Shown piece by piece: positions 43,621-58,131 of a stretch of 64,000 nucleotides of DNA. Position 1 is the stretch's first letter. The number at the start of each line of letters is the position of its first letter. The stretch lies in contig NC_043002.1 in assembly GCF_006345805.1 (NCBI RefSeq), positions 76,260,001 to 76,324,000 on the forward strand, given 5' to 3'. The translations under genes were made by a program, and so were the position numbers. The notes under the pieces are model-generated. The model made no database searches. It saw only the letters and a list, made by a program, of their open reading frames with translations, and was not told the origin of the DNA. This DNA comes from Octopus sinensis. Taxonomy: Eukaryota.

Positions 43621-44337
43621 TAACTAGCAAAATGAATGGCTTTCTCTTTCGAGATAGTTGCTTTTTTCTTTTGCTTATCATTTCCTTTTTTTTGTTTTTT
43701 GTTTTTTTGTAATTGCGTGTGTCACTTCAGGTGTACTTCAATATAAACTTTTTCACTTTACTATTTTGAGTTCAAATCCCGCTTTGGTCGACTTTGAATA
43801 TCTTTTCTGTGAACCGAGCAAATTATTAGTATTTAAATTATATTCCCTATGAAGCGACTTTTCTTCCAAAGTTGCAAATGAATAGTCAGATCTTTTCCTC
43901 CTTCCCTCCTTCTATTAATGAGAACCTCTTTGAGGTCAATCAACCAGCTAGAAGCCAAATTTTTTCCAAATCACACCCGAACCCTTTATTTGTCCTGTGC
44001 GTCGCGTATGATTCTCTAGACATATTTCCCTGGCAACCATTCATCATACATGCTACACATACCCATTTTTTGCCAAATGCCAGAGCAATTCGGGACTTAT
44101 GAAAGGAAAGTTTTATCTAACAGCGAATGTATGAAACTAAAATGCTAAGTAAAAGTTCAAAAACAAGCGTGGACATTTAGGAAAAATTTATTAAAATGCT
44201 TTGGACAGACAAGAGGTTAACAGTTTTAAAACAGAGGTAATGACGTATATTTGGTAATGTATCCTAAGACACACGATGCCGTCAAAGATAAAAGGTTTCA
44301 CTTTGACCCTAGAGGTTCAAAAATAGAAATTATTTCA

Positions 44338-44560
44338 GGCGGAAGGTGAACTGGGCGAATCGTTGGCTCACCAGGCAAAATGCTTGGTGACATTTGTCGC
44401 TCTTTGCGTCCGAAGTTGAAATTCCGCCGAGGTCGACTTTGACCTTCAGCCTTTCAGGGTCGATAAAATAAGTACCAGTTGAGCACTGGGGTAGATGTAA
44501 TCGACTTACCCACCCACTCCACTCAAAACTGCTGGCCTTATGTCAAAACTTTAAACCATT
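44338..44560 (+). mobile_element. SINE family A
   Basis: GCCGAGGTCGACTTTGACCTTCAGCCTTTCAGGGTCGATAAAATAAGTACCAG body with degenerate head. Confidence 0.8.
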
Positions 44561-44784
44561 ATTTCAAGGTAGAAGACATGCTACCCGACCACACGGATGA
44601 CTGACTCTTTGATTACAGCAATATCGGTATATTATGATATGTTAACTTAAAGTTAATGATACGTGACTAACAACTAATTCTATAAATAACATCATGTAAT
44701 AATTAGTAGCAGTTGATAGAGGAAAAATATTCCAAGGCCCTTCAGCAGAAAGAGAAAAAAAAGAAAGGAAAATTGCAAGCTATC

Positions 44785-44951
44785 TGGCATAGGACAAGTG
44801 TGGCTGTTTGGTAAGAAGCTTGCTTATCAACCACATGGTTCCGGGTTCAGTCTCACGGTGTGGCACCATGGGCAAGTGTCTTCTACTATAGCCTCGGGCC
44901 GACTAAAGCCTTGTCAGTGGATTTGGTAGACGGAAACTGAAAGAAGCCTGT

Positions 44952-44988
<37 letters not shown>

Positions 44989-45243
44989 GCGTGTGTATGT
45001 ATGTGTGTGCGTGTGTGTGTGTGTTTTTGTATCAGTGATGTCCCCGCCTCCACCGAATGACAACTGGTGCTGGTGTGTTTACGCCCCCGTATTTTGCGGT
45101 TCGATAAAAAGAACCGACAGAATAAGTACCAGGCTTTAAAATAATTAAGTACTGCGGTCGATACATTCAACTAGAAAAATTCTTCGAGGCGGTGCCCCAA
45201 CATGGCCGCAGCTAATGACTGAAACATGTAAAAGATAAGAGAT
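44785..45243 (+). mobile_element. SINE family B
   Basis: GTGGCTGTTTGGTAAGAAGCTTGC head, GTGGCACCATGGGCAAGTGTC core, (TG)n middle, CATGGCCGCAG tail. Confidence 0.88.
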
Positions 45244-45307
45244 GAATCTGTGAAGTTAAAACTTATATCATTCTATATGTGCGTGTTTGTACGTGTGTGT
45301 GTGTGTG

Positions 45308-45340
<33 letters not shown>

Positions 45341-45510
45341 AAGAGTCAGAGACAGAGACAGACTGACAGACAGACAGAGACAGACAAACAGACTGACAGT
45401 GGGGTGGTTTAATTGAACTGGCCGTTGGAACAGAGCCTCGGAATCGAACTCCATCTTCTAGGACATTTCTTTTTCAAACACACATATCTTACAAAGTATA
45501 TATTACAAAG

Positions 45511-45549
<39 letters not shown>

Positions 45550-45688
45550 GTATAATTCGTAACGTGCGTTTAAGATCTCTTATACTGTATTTGCTTACCA
45601 CATATTATTCTCCTATAGCCCCTGGACGACCAAGACCTTGTGAGTGGCTTTGGTAGACGAAAATTGAAAGAAGACCGTCGTATATATA

Positions 45689-45903
45689 GAGGGTGGCACA
45701 ACAGTAGGTTTACAGCAATCACGTGGGCACTATAAATTTCTTTTAAAACATTTTATAACATTTAAATTTCTATCTTACAATTAACTAAATTGGCATGGAA
45801 TAATCGTTTCATATATTTTTTTAATAATTAAGACCTAAGCTGTTAATATATGAATGCGAAAGAGATAGTTGAATAACTGTAAACTTACTTTTGGGCCACC
45901 CTG
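45689..45903. mobile_element. Tc1/mariner-type MITE (215 bp) in the (TA)n of a family B SINE fragment
   Basis: Ends GAGGGTGGCACAACAGTAGGTTTACAG / CTGTAAACTTACTTTTGGGCCACCCTG, with TA on both sides. Confidence 0.8.
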
Positions 45904-45962
<59 letters not shown>

Positions 45963-45974
45963 AGTTTAGATTTC

Positions 45975-46812
45975 CGTTACTCTTTTACTCTTTTTTTGCT
46001 TGTTTCAGTCATTTGACTGTGGCCATGCTGGAGCACCGCCCTTAGTCGAGCAAATCGACCTCAGGACTTATTCTTTGTAAGCCTAGTATTTATTTTATTG
46101 GTCTCTATTGCCGAACTGCTAAGTTACAGGGACGTAAACACACCAGCATCGGTTGTCAAGCGATGCTAGGGGGACAAACACAGACACACAAACATATACA
46201 CACACATATACATATATATGTACATATAGGCGCAGGAGTGGCTATGTGGTAAGTAGCTTGCTAACCAACCACATGGTTCCGGGTTCAGTCCCACTGCGTG
46301 GCATCTTGGGCAAGTGTCTTCTGCTATAGCCCCGGGCCGACCAATGCCTTGTGAGTGGATTTGGTAGACGGAAACTGAAAGAAGCCTGTCGTATATATGT
46401 ATATATATATAAGTGTGTGTGTATATGTTTGTGTGTCTGTGTTTGTCCCCCTAGCATTGCTTGACAACCGATGGCTGTGTGTTTACGTCCCTCACTTAGC
46501 GGTTCGACAAAAGAGCCCGATAGAATAAGTACTGGGCCTACAAAGAATAAGTCCCGGGGTCGATTTGCTCGACTAAAGGCGGTGCTCCAGCATGGCCGCA
46601 GTCAAATGACTGAAACAAGTAAAAGAGTAAAGAGTAAAAGAATATATATGACGGGCTTCTTTCAGTTTCCGTCTAACAAATCCACTCACAAGGCTTTGGT
46701 CAACCCGAGGCTATAGTAGAAGACACTTGCCCAAGGTGCCACGCAGCGGGACTGAACCCGGAACCATGTGGTTGGTAAGCAAGCTACTTACCACATAGCC
46801 ATTCATACGCCT
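45975..46812. mobile_element. Family B SINE (+, 46229-46641) inserted antisense into the central microsatellite of another family B SINE (-)
   Basis: Outer tail half 45975-46228 and head half 46642-46812 flank a complete opposite-strand copy. Confidence 0.92.
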
Positions 46813-48104
46813 AAACGTAAAAACGGTCGAAATGTCGCTAAGCATTTGTCCAGCGTGCTAATGACTTTGCCAACTCGCTGCCTTAAGATCAACAAAAAAG
46901 TACTTTATCAGGTGAGAGAGAAACATTGTCCAATATACACAGTATACAGTTAAAAGATAGTAATAGTTTCATGCATTGAACTCAACCAGACAGGTTTTAA
47001 AATACGACTAGTGTCTCAAAGATTACTTGGAGACGCTAGGCGTGTTTTAAAACCTTCCTCGAGGATTTCTTCAGCGTATGAAACTATTAGTAGCTCATAA
47101 GTATATTCTATGTACATTAAGCAATGTGTGTGTGTGTGTGTGTGTGTGTTTCCTTCTGTTTGTCCTCCGCCGCTCGACAGCTGATGTTGGTTTGTTTACG
47201 TCCTCGTAACTTAGCTGTTCGAAAAGAGAAATCAATAAAATAAGTATCAGGCTTCAAAAGTACGCACTGGGCTAGATTTGTTTAATAAAATCTTTCAATG
47301 CGATGCACCAGAGTGGCTGGAGTCCAATGACTGCAACGTGTAACAGACAGAAGATTTGAGTGCTTAAATCTTTTGATGTAGGTAACTATAATATTCTTAC
47401 TAAGCCGATTCTATCCACATCTAAGCTATTTCCTTTTTATCGTTTGTCATCCGAACAGAATTAACAACTTTTAGCTATTCACATGGTCATCGTATGAAGC
47501 AATTGTAAGTTCAGTTTTTATCTTAATTTTTTTTCCTCGCTTATTTTATTACTCTATACATTTCGTTTTGTCAGCTGGTTGGCATCTACGTCGTAAGCCA
47601 TTAGAGGTAACAGCTGTCCAGTTTTATCATTACTTAATGTGTGTTTCATCGAATTGTTGAAAGAAGAAAAGCGTTCTACTTTACATCACAAGTCCTTCCG
47701 GAACATCTAGTTCGTCGTCAAGTCCTTTAAATCTTTATAGTAAATTATAGCTAATTTCACTTTGCTCTAAGGCACCTAGACATGTAACAGCAGACCGAAG
47801 CAATTGCTGATGATAATTTATTCTTACAAGAAGCTTACCTTTTTTCAATATATTCTGCTTAACAAATGCTACCACACAACTATTAAATATCCCCTGTGTG
47901 CTTTAATGTGAAATAGCTGGAAGTCTATAAAAAATAGAGAATTGAAATAAGCATTAAAACCTAAGTGCAATAATTGGCTTTGTGATAAGCAAGTTCTCTT
48001 CGCAATCACATGGTTTCTGGTTCGGTTCCAGTACGTAATAATGTAGACAAGTATCTTCTACTACAACCTCAAATAATACTGAAATTGATAAACAGAAACT
48101 TGCA

Positions 48105-48420
48105 GAAGTCTACCCTCCCACTTTGCCACACCTATCCTTTCCTCTCTATCACTGCCGTATTCACTCATTCCCACGACCACTCCTTGCCCGTCGCCAAGTC
48201 TTTCACTTGCACCTTCAGGGGTCTGATTTGCCACTCCTTGTATATTGGGCGAACTGGTCGACACTTGGCTGACTGGGTGAATACCTTCGGGACCTCAGAC
48301 TCGGTAATGACAACTCGGTCTCACGCTATTTCCGCTCAACTGGTCATTCCTTGCAACATCTGTATTTGGACTGGCCTTGCGCACAAGCCACCGTTCTCCC
48401 GTCTCCGTCGTGAACGCTTG
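48105..48420 (+). pseudogene. PLE GIY-YIG endonuclease remnant
   Basis: CHTYPF...KSFTCTFRGLICHSLYIGRTGRHLAD, then after a frameshift EYLRDLRLGNDNSVSRYFRSTGHS. Confidence 0.75.
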
Positions 48421-49602
48421 CGAAAGAGAAAGGTCTCGCTAAAAATACCCAAGGATTGGGTGGTGTTTTATTTTAAAGTATCTGATTTCGAGTAACATTG
48501 TAGCCATTTAAATCATACACCGTTTTTTGATGGATTAAAATGCGCAAGGACTTATTAGATGCACTCCAATTTCAGCAGTGCACAGGCAGTAGAAAATATT
48601 TTTGGTGCATACAAACACCACCTTGCATATACTCATAAGATCAAAAGCGATTTTTTTTTCAGACATATATTTTCTGCTTTTAAAAGCAGAGAGCGTCTTA
48701 TATGCTGTGAAATACGATATACGATATTGTCAATTTCATGAAAAGATAAATTCTAATAATCTCGAGGAGTTCACTTGTATGGAATTATCCTTACAAATTT
48801 GATCCTGTCAGCAACCAACGTACCCGAATATCCCCGATTACGGTTGTTCTCGTTCTTTAATTTTATTTTTGCGTGCAGTTCATCACTTGGCATAAAAATT
48901 TGAATGCATACAATGCATACAGCTTCGACTTATTGCGGCATAGGGTATGTATATCTGTGCAACAGACCAGGGAAAGCAGAAAGGAAAAACAAACGGAAAG
49001 GAATTGAAAGAAAACAACGAAACACTACTTGGAATCCATAATATAATCAGGAATCCGTAACGTTACTGTTGATGGGAAATTTCAAGAGCGGATGAGAATG
49101 CAGAAATCAGGCGTTCCGCCGAATTGAAAACAGTCTTATTGATGATGATTTCTACGTCGATAAGTGGCGGTTGTTTTGGAAATGAATGCTAGTTAAAGCT
49201 GAATGGCAAAAGCCACTCAAATTTGATTGTTTGAAATGTCTAGAGTATTAAACACGTACTGAGATACGTATACAAAAGCTTGCACTTACTACCAACAATA
49301 TGTTACAAAACACCCAGACAGGAAAGGATATCATGGAGAGCTCATTGGAAAGGCTACAGTTGTGTGACGAAACTTTTCGACAAATTAATGAATAACTAAT
49401 AAAGAAACTACAAACATCGTGTTCGTGTTTATTGACAAAATGATCTTCCCAAAATATACAAATATATCTCAATTTCGCATCAAATACCACGCGAGATAAA
49501 TACTGCATTGTGTGTATGTGGCATGTGTGTATGTGGCATGTGTGTATGTGTGTGGTGTGTAGAGAGAGGAGAGAGAAAGATAGATGGATAGATAGATAAA
49601 TT

Positions 49603-49666
<64 letters not shown>

Positions 49667-49911
49667 GAAATAGGGATGATTTAATGAAACAGTACTCACA
49701 GTAATCTGTCCGTAGGGTGTTCAACCAAATATCGAAAATTTTTTGAAGAATAATCATTGTGTTACAATACAACTCTATGTGTACTTATGCTTGTGTTGGG
49801 CACTTTCGCGAATATGATGTAATTGAATGCAGATTACGAAACAACTGTAAACATATCGAATAAATATTTTTTTATCGCTCACTTCTAAATTTGATGATAC
49901 ATACATGATCG

Positions 49912-50311
49912 AGGCGCAGGCGTAGCTTTTTGGTTCAGAATTTCTCTTTCCAAACACTTGGATCCATGTTCAGTTCCTCTCCACAACATCTTGCATAGGT
50001 GCTAAAGGCCGACCAATCATTTTTGAGTAAATTTGGTAGGCAGAAACTGTATTGAAGCCGGCGAGGTGGCAGAAACGTTAGCACGCCAGGCGAAATACTT
50101 AGCGGTATTTCGTCTGCCGTTACGTTCTGAGATCAAATTCCGCCGAAGTAGACTTTGCCTTTCATCATTTCGGGGTCGATTAAATAAGTACCAGTTACGC
50201 ACTGGAGTCGATATAATCGACTTAATCCGTTTGTCTGTCCTTGTTTGTCCCGTCTGTGTGTAGCCCCTTGTGGGCAGTAAAGAAATAGGAAACTGTATTA
50301 AAGTCAGATGT

Positions 50312-50312
<1 letters not shown>
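49912..50312 (+). mobile_element. Family A SINE (50059-50290) inserted into a degenerate family B SINE head
   Basis: GGCGAGGTGGCAGAAACGTTAGCACGCC...AAAGAAATAG flanked by GAAACTGTATTGAAG / GAAACTGTATTAAAG, a TSD-like duplication. Confidence 0.85.
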
Positions 50313-50362
<50 letters not shown>

Positions 50363-51022
50363 CACACACATACTTGTAAGGAACTAGCACCTACTAAGAA
50401 TCTGCTCATTTACTCAGTCACCTGTTCCTATATGATTATATGCTTCCTAGTTCTTGCAATTACCAACTCTTTATTTTTGATATGCTGTACTACTAATAAA
50501 TGTGTATGTATTCACTTATACATTCTAGTACATTGGAATAAATAGACATAGTGGAATGTGTACCGGCTGATGTCTGTCCATTTTGTGTCCTCTCCACTTT
50601 CTTATTTGCCGTATAAATCAAGGGTAAACCACTTCTTATCTCCGCCCATATATAACACTCAACTGCAAGATTGACACGCAATAACTAGCACTTGGGTATG
50701 AAAAATTGGGTACATTACCACCAGTATGTTGGATAGGTACTATCCCTTAGTTGGTTTCTCAACCTCTAACTCACACAGAAATATATATATATATATATAC
50801 GTGAAAAGAGAGAGGGGGTGGGTAAGAGAGAAATATGTATGTGTGCATACATGCTTGTCTGTATATAAATGTATGTTGTTAAGTTGGATTTGCTTGTAAT
50901 ACGCAACAACTTCGTACAGCTGGTGCTAGTCAAACCTACTCCATGAGGAGTTTCAAATCATCATATGTACATATATACACACGCATACATATATTCACGC
51001 ATATACATATGTGTGTGTGTGT

Positions 51023-51089
<67 letters not shown>

Positions 51090-51099
51090 GTGTGTATAC

Positions 51100-51145
<46 letters not shown>

Positions 51146-51744
51146 ATACATATATATATATATATATAATATATATATATGCGTAAGTGTGTTTGGTTTG
51201 TTGTGTGCGTTTGTGTGTGTATGTATGTGTGTGTGTGTGTGTGTGGTGTGTGTGTAACAGAGAGCGAGAAGGAGAAGAGAGAAATTATATACATACATAT
51301 CAAATGATGTAATTATATCGAATGACACTACTTTATATGGCGGCGGTGCAAGCTAATCTGATGGCGTTAATAGATCACCCGCTGCTGCATAACAAATCTT
51401 ATCTGAGTTAAATAAGACGTTAAACTGTTTCACACTATCCGTTCATTTTCATTTCACCACAAACACTTTTCTACGTTATCTGGTTTTTTTTTCTTACACA
51501 CAGTTACTATGGACATTTATCAGTTTAACATTTATCCCGTTTGGGTTCGAGCCTTTTTTTTTTTTTTTCTTTAGTTGTTATTTTTTCTTCTTTCCAAACT
51601 AAGAGTTAGTAGAAAGAAAAATGGAGCAAATCAATATTTAATGATAATCCATAAGACATTCAATATCTACTGCTCTACGGTGATTGGTGGTGGGGGGGGG
51701 GAGCCGTCTACGCCGTCAAAAGAACTGCTAAATATAATAGTTTC

Positions 51745-52650
51745 GAATTTTGGCACAAGGCCGACAATTTTAGGGGAAAGTAAGTTGATTACATCGACCC
51801 CCGGTGTTCAACTGGTACTTATTCTATCTACCCCCGAAAGGATGAAAGACAAAGTTATATTAGTTCTAAAATAATAGGCACAATATTTATCAAATCAATA
51901 AGACGACGAGCTGGCAGAAAAGCCTGGCGAAATGGTTAGTGGTATTTCGTCTGTATTTACGTTGTGAGTTCAAATTCCGCCGAGGTCGACTTTGCCTTTC
52001 ATCCTTTCGGGGTCGATAAATTAAGTACCAGTTACGCACTGGGGTCGATGTAATCGACTTAATACCTATGTCTGTCCTTGTTTGTTCCCTCTGTGTTTAG
52101 CCCCCTGTGGGTAATAAAGAAATAGGTATTTCGTCTGTATTTACGTTCTGAGTTGAAATTCCGCCGAGGTCGACTTTGCCTTTCATCCTTTCTGGGGTCG
52201 AAAAATTAAGTACCAATTGCGTACTGGGGTCGATCTAATCCCCTGGCCCCCTCCCCTAAAATATTTCGGGTCTTGTGTCTAGAGTAGAGAAGAATGTTGT
52301 TCAAATCAACGTATTTCAGTTTTTCACGAAGGAATAAAATCCTTTTCGTCTTTAAAAGGGTTTTATCGGGTAATGTAGTTCTATATGATCCTAAACAATA
52401 GATGGAATGGCCCTGAGTGTAAAGCAGATTATGTTTTGCTCAATGAAGCAAAAATGAAACAAGGATAACATCGACATCTATAGAGTATAGTCTTAAGGCA
52501 GAGAGCTAGTGGAATTTTTAGCACGCCGGAAAAAATGCTTAGCGACACTTTTGTCCGTCTTTACGTTCTGAGTTCAATTTCCACCGAGGTTGTCAATGAA
52601 GTTGACTAACATTCTCGCTCGAAACTGCTGGCCTTGTGCCAAGACGGGAA
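51745..52650. mobile_element. Family A SINE cluster (minus fragment 51745-51855, plus dimeric copy 51902-52290, degenerate copy 52497-52650)
   Basis: Family A head and body motifs. Confidence 0.85.
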
Positions 52651-53671
52651 ACCGATTTTTAGTATAGTCTTCAAAGGAAAGACCGTTGGATGATGTCTTA
52701 CAGTATTCGTTCTCATTGAACTGTGAGTTCAATTCATGCTGGGGTTAATTTTGCCCTCCCTCATTTCCGAATCGATGAATAAAGTAACTAAACTGCACTT
52801 TTATCGACTATTCTTCCCTCTCTGTCACATTCGTCTTCTGTCCCTTTCTCTTTTGTTTCCTCTGTCTTTCCCTCTCCCTTCCGCTGTCTCTCTCTCTCTC
52901 TCACTCTCTATTACTCTCTCTTTCTCTCCTTCTCTCTCCCTCCCCTCGCCCCCTCTCTCTCTCTGAAACAAACTATTATCGAATCCAGAAAGGGACGGGC
53001 TCCGCCAGGTTAACAATTCTCAATGTACACTATGTATTCTGCTGGTCCCACTACAGCCCTATTAAGGACACCGTCGTGATTCACACATACACACACAAAC
53101 ACACACACATGTAATAAACACACATTTATACGCACACACACACACACATGAGAGAGATTAGTAGATGAGACTGGAGTGAACAAAAAAGAATGAAATGTAA
53201 ACCTTAAAATATTCAATAACCCTTTTGCGGTTGAAAATGACCCTAGTTGCTTACTGATGAGAACGGGGACCTACCTGATATGGCAGCCGAATCTGTTTCA
53301 AATTATACCCAGTGTCTGAAAATTGAAAATTGAACAATGAAGTCATGAATGTAGAGTTAATTTGGATAGTCGCGGTCGGAACGCCTCTGTTTAAAAGTGA
53401 CTGAAACGAAGCTAAAGGAGAATAAAAAGAGTTATAGTTTCACATATACATACGCAACAAATAATCCTCCCTGCCGGGTGGACTTTTAGTCGGACAACTG
53501 TGACAGGCAATGCCTGCTGTCACTCATGCTGGCCATGCAAATTTATAATTAACCCGACACCACTGAAATGGTTACAGCTCCACGTGGAAATTGTTACCAA
53601 AATACTGCATTCTATAAACTGTTGACTAACTGACGCCAACATCTTTATATATATTTATATATATATAAATT

Positions 53672-53845
53672 TGTTCAGAATCACGCCGGACGCAGAGGAA
53701 GAGAGAAAACAGTAATTCAGTGAAGGAGATGTAGTGAGAGTAATGGCCCTGATTGAGCGGGAGAGAGAGAAAGTAATAGCAATGAGAGAAAGAAAGGTGT
53801 GATAGATGAATAAGGCATGAAGTGGTGAAAAAATTCAGCGTTACA
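53672..53845. repeat. Short TG...CA-bounded repeat, possible solo LTR; partial second copy at 54049-54116
   Basis: TCACGCCGGACG(C/T)(A/G)...GAGGAAGAGAGAAAA.AGTAATT.AGTGAA is shared between the copies; ends GCGTTACA. No TSD seen. Confidence 0.4.
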
Positions 53846-54116
53846 ACTCTGTGTGAGTATGTGTGTATGTGTGTGCGTATACAAGGGAAGTATGTGAATG
53901 TTTGTATGTGTGATTAGTATGTACCTTATTTTGTACCTTATTTATATATAAAATACTACAATTAGCCATCATTATTGACGGCACGTGGTGAGCTACTCGC
54001 CTCATATAATAATGAGCGTAGTGTTTTTATATATTTGTTGGTTTGTTTGTCACGCCGGACGTGAGGAAGAGAGAAAATAGTAATTTAGTGAAAGAGAATT
54101 AGTGAAAGTAATAGTG

Positions 54117-54664
54117 CTAGATTCCCTTGATCGAAACTATAAGGACACAGATCGTGTCGTACAGCCAGCAAAAGGCGATGTCTCCTGGGAGTAAATTACA
54201 GCAATATTCGTCCTAAACCAGGACTGTCATGTTATGTTGGCAAACAATCTTTACTCCAAAGTACTGTTGCTGAATATCTCTCGTTGTGAGATTTACAAAT
54301 AGTAATTTTCTAATTTATAGATCAGTGACTAGCTGTCCCTTTGAAAACTATATATTTCGAACGGGAATTTGGCAGTGCTGCCTCTAGCTGAACAATCATT
54401 GTGCTGACGAATGGAAATAACCCGGAAATCGCGATGCACAAATATTGTTTTGAGCTGAGTGGGGGAACTAGATTCCCTTGTTCGAATATAAGACACAGAT
54501 CGTGTCGTATAGCCAACTGGAGACGATGTCTCCTGGGGCTAAATTACGGCAACATTCGTCCTAAACCAGGACTGCCATGTTATGTTGGCAAACAATCTTT
54601 ACTCCAAAGTACTGTTGCTGAACATCTCTCGTTGTGAGAGTTACAAATAGTAATTTTCTAATTT
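54117..54664 (+). repeat. ~200-bp direct repeats (54117-54316 / 54468-54664) around a ~150-bp spacer
   Basis: CTAGATTCCCTTG...GACACAGATCGTGTCGTA...TTACAAATAGTAATTTTCTAATTT occurs twice, roughly 90% alike by eye. Confidence 0.9.
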
Positions 54665-54875
54665 TGAATTTCTTTCGAATTAACTTTATTCTGTGTCTCA
54701 ATTTATGATGTGAACGTGTTCTCCCCCATAAGAAACTTTTAAGTGTGAAGCTGAATCACACTCTGATAAAAAAAAATATATGTATGAATGTGTGCGGATA
54801 TACGTACGTCTGCGTGTGTGTGTGCGTGTGTGTGCATATATATATATATACAAATACAGGTATATATATATATGC

Positions 54876-54914
<39 letters not shown>

Positions 54915-55077
54915 GGGTCAAGCAACAAGTTGCTTCACTACATACCAAAAATTTAGAAATAGCACCCAAAGACAACTCATTCCTTTTTTAGTAGAGATAT
55001 TACTCCACAGATAACAATATTTGTAACTCACATAGGCAAAAAGAAGAAAAATAACGAAATTAAACAGTCTTCGATTA

Positions 55078-55135
55078 ATTATGTACGCATTTCAGGATTA
55101 GAATTATACAAATTCATTTCCGTCCTTAGCATAAT
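55078..55135 (-). ncRNA. Degenerate type I hammerhead motif in a (TA)n-bounded island
   Basis: rc: AUUAUG-CUaAGGA-cGGA...UCCu-GAAA-UGCG-UA^-CAUAAU. Perfect 6-bp stem I; a core G-to-A change. Confidence 0.55.
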
Positions 55136-55246
55136 ATTTCGAGAAATTGTATACACACACACACACATGTATATATGTATATATATATATACATATATAT
55201 ATATACACATGTATATATGTATATACACATATATATATATATACAC

Positions 55247-55293
<47 letters not shown>

Positions 55294-55408
55294 TATATAA
55301 TACACATACATATATATATATATATACATACACATATATATATATTATACACACATATATATATACATACACACATATATATATACATACACACATATAT
55401 ATATACAT

Positions 55409-55522
<114 letters not shown>

Positions 55523-56039
55523 CATATATATATTTCTAAACTATTTCTAAACTTCGGTGTGTGGTGGAGCTAATCTTTGCTGAACCCTTTTATTAGTATT
55601 ACTTAAGTTTGCCGTTGAAATGGTCCTTTTTCATACCGAATTCTACTTGCTGAAATTATTGATTAATTCTTAATTAATTAATTTTACCCTTTGTTATTAT
55701 TGATATATAGGTATAGATAGATACACACATATATACATACACATATATATATATACACACATATATATATACACATATATATATACATACATATATTTAT
55801 ATATACACACATATATATATATATATACACACACATATATATGTATAGATATACACATATATATGTATATACATATATATATATAGACACATATATATAC
55901 ACACATATATATACACACACACACATATATATATATATACATATGCATATACACACATATATATATCTATACACATATATATATATACATACACACACAC
56001 ACATATATATATATAGATATATATATATATACATACAGC

Positions 56040-56077
<38 letters not shown>

Positions 56078-57438
56078 ATTATTAATTTAGTGTATAAAAT
56101 ACCTATATGTGTGTTTGTGTATATAAATAATTATTAATTTAATATATAAATTACCTATAAATTATTATTGTATGTTGACTACCTGATAAAAATCATTAAC
56201 GTGACTTTCTCTTTATATTCTAGTATCAATTGATACATACATACATACATACATACATACATGCATGCATGAATGCATACATACATACATACATACATAC
56301 ATACATACATACATACATACATACATGCATGCATGAATGCATACATACATACATACATACATACATACATACATACATACATACATACATGCATGCATGC
56401 ATACATACATACTCACACACACATAGAGAAGGAGAAAGAAAGAAAGAATGGAAGAAAGAAAAATACGACAATGGGTAATGAATGCTAAATGTTAATAAAG
56501 GCTGAAAGACGAATGGTGAAATGAATTGAAGAAAGTACAAGCAAAATGGAAGCAAAAATAAAAAATAAATAAAAACACAGTACCAGGAATCATTTAGATT
56601 CCAGCATAATTTCACAGCCGTTTTCGACAAATAATAGATAATAGTGATGTTCCTGGTTTCCTAACAAGTGGTAATTATCTGGCAAAGACGCGTCCAGTAA
56701 TTATACTGAGTATACACCTGCTCTCTTCATTTCAATCAGTGGAGAGCGAGTGCGATAATCACTTTACATTGTATATATCACCTGCTCATCCGAGCACTTG
56801 AGATTCTCTTGTAAAAGCACATATAAATGAGTGGCTTCTTACAGTAGGGACTAAAACCGAAGCAAATTATTTTCATAACTACTTAAATTCTCGGAGTAAC
56901 TGATAGAGAAGAAACAAAATTCTATACGATGCGATGCGATAAGAGAGATATTGTAATTTATATTACATTATATGTTTTCCACTCGAGATTGTCGGTATCA
57001 AAAAACGTCGATGAAGCATGAAAAGATAATTAAAACATGTTGGTGTCTTTTTTTTTTTTTTTGTGGGTGTTATTTTGATATGTGTTTGAAATCATTAATT
57101 TACTGTGCGTTGTTTAGTAAGGTTTATTGCAGTTTTATGTTGTTCTTTTTTTTTTCAGCTTGAACTTATTGTCTCGCCTTCTGTATATCATCTCTCTCTC
57201 TGTCGCTCCGTTTCTAGCTCTCTTTCTGCACACAAAAATATATATATATATACTAAGCAATAAAGGGTTTAGCAACGAATTGCCTTACCACATACCGAAT
57301 TTAGAAATAGCAGTCAAAGAGTTATAGCTATTTCTTCTACTAAAAAGGGAGATCTCAGTAAAAACAGCAATTGGAAGGCAGACACAAACAGGTAAGAGAG
57401 AATGAATTGACAGCAATCTATCATACAATTTTAAGTTA

Positions 57439-57538
57439 TCTACGGGCGCACGTTTCGAAATCAAGTTTTTAGGAAAGCATAAGAATTAAATATTAAATAA
57501 TTCTACCTTACCAAAACTTCTTTTCTCTTCAGCGTAGA
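57439..57538 (-). ncRNA. Type I hammerhead motif, downstream copy (triplet GCC, U16.1 mutated)
   Basis: rc: UCUACG-CUGAAGA-long stem II-GAAA-CGUGCG-cC-CGUAGA. Confidence 0.7.
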
Positions 57539-58031
57539 ATACTATAATCATAAATGATTATATATTGAATTTTGAGATACTAGAAGGCACCAACTCAACT
57601 CAGTATCAGAGCGAGCTAGAATCCGCAACTAGTATCACCAAATTCAATGTGTGAATGAAAAGATTGTGTCACCAGCCCCTTCCCACCCGCGTGTAGCCAA
57701 AACAAGATGCTGTGGTCATCTACTGAGATAAAATATGGTTATCCGTAATAATGAAGGGTGAAATTAATTAATTTGGAATAATTATCAATTACACCAAGTA
57801 GTCTTCGGCATGTAAAAGCCTCATTCGAGGAAAATTTAAGTAATACTAAGCAATAAAGGGTTTAGCAACGAATTGCCTTACCACATACCGAATTTAGAAA
57901 TAGCAGTCAAAGAGTTATAGCTATTTCTTCTACTAAAAAGGGAGATCTCAGTAAAAACAGCAATTGGAAGGCAGACACAAACAGGTAAGAGAGAATGAAT
58001 TGACGGCAATCTATCATACAATTTTAAGTTA

Positions 58032-58131
58032 TCTACGGACGCACGTTTCGAAATCAAGTTTTTAGGAAAGCATAAGAATTAAATATTAAATAATTCTACC
58101 TTACCAAAACTTCTTTTCTCTTCAGCGTAGA
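58032..58131 (-). ncRNA. Type I hammerhead ribozyme, intact core (triplet GUC)
   Basis: rc: UCUACG-CUGAAGA-GAAAagAAGUUUUgg...ccuAAAAACUUgaUUUC-GAAA-CGUGCG-UC^-CGUAGA. Perfect 6-bp stem I; self-complementary stem III ACGUGCGU. Confidence 0.85.
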
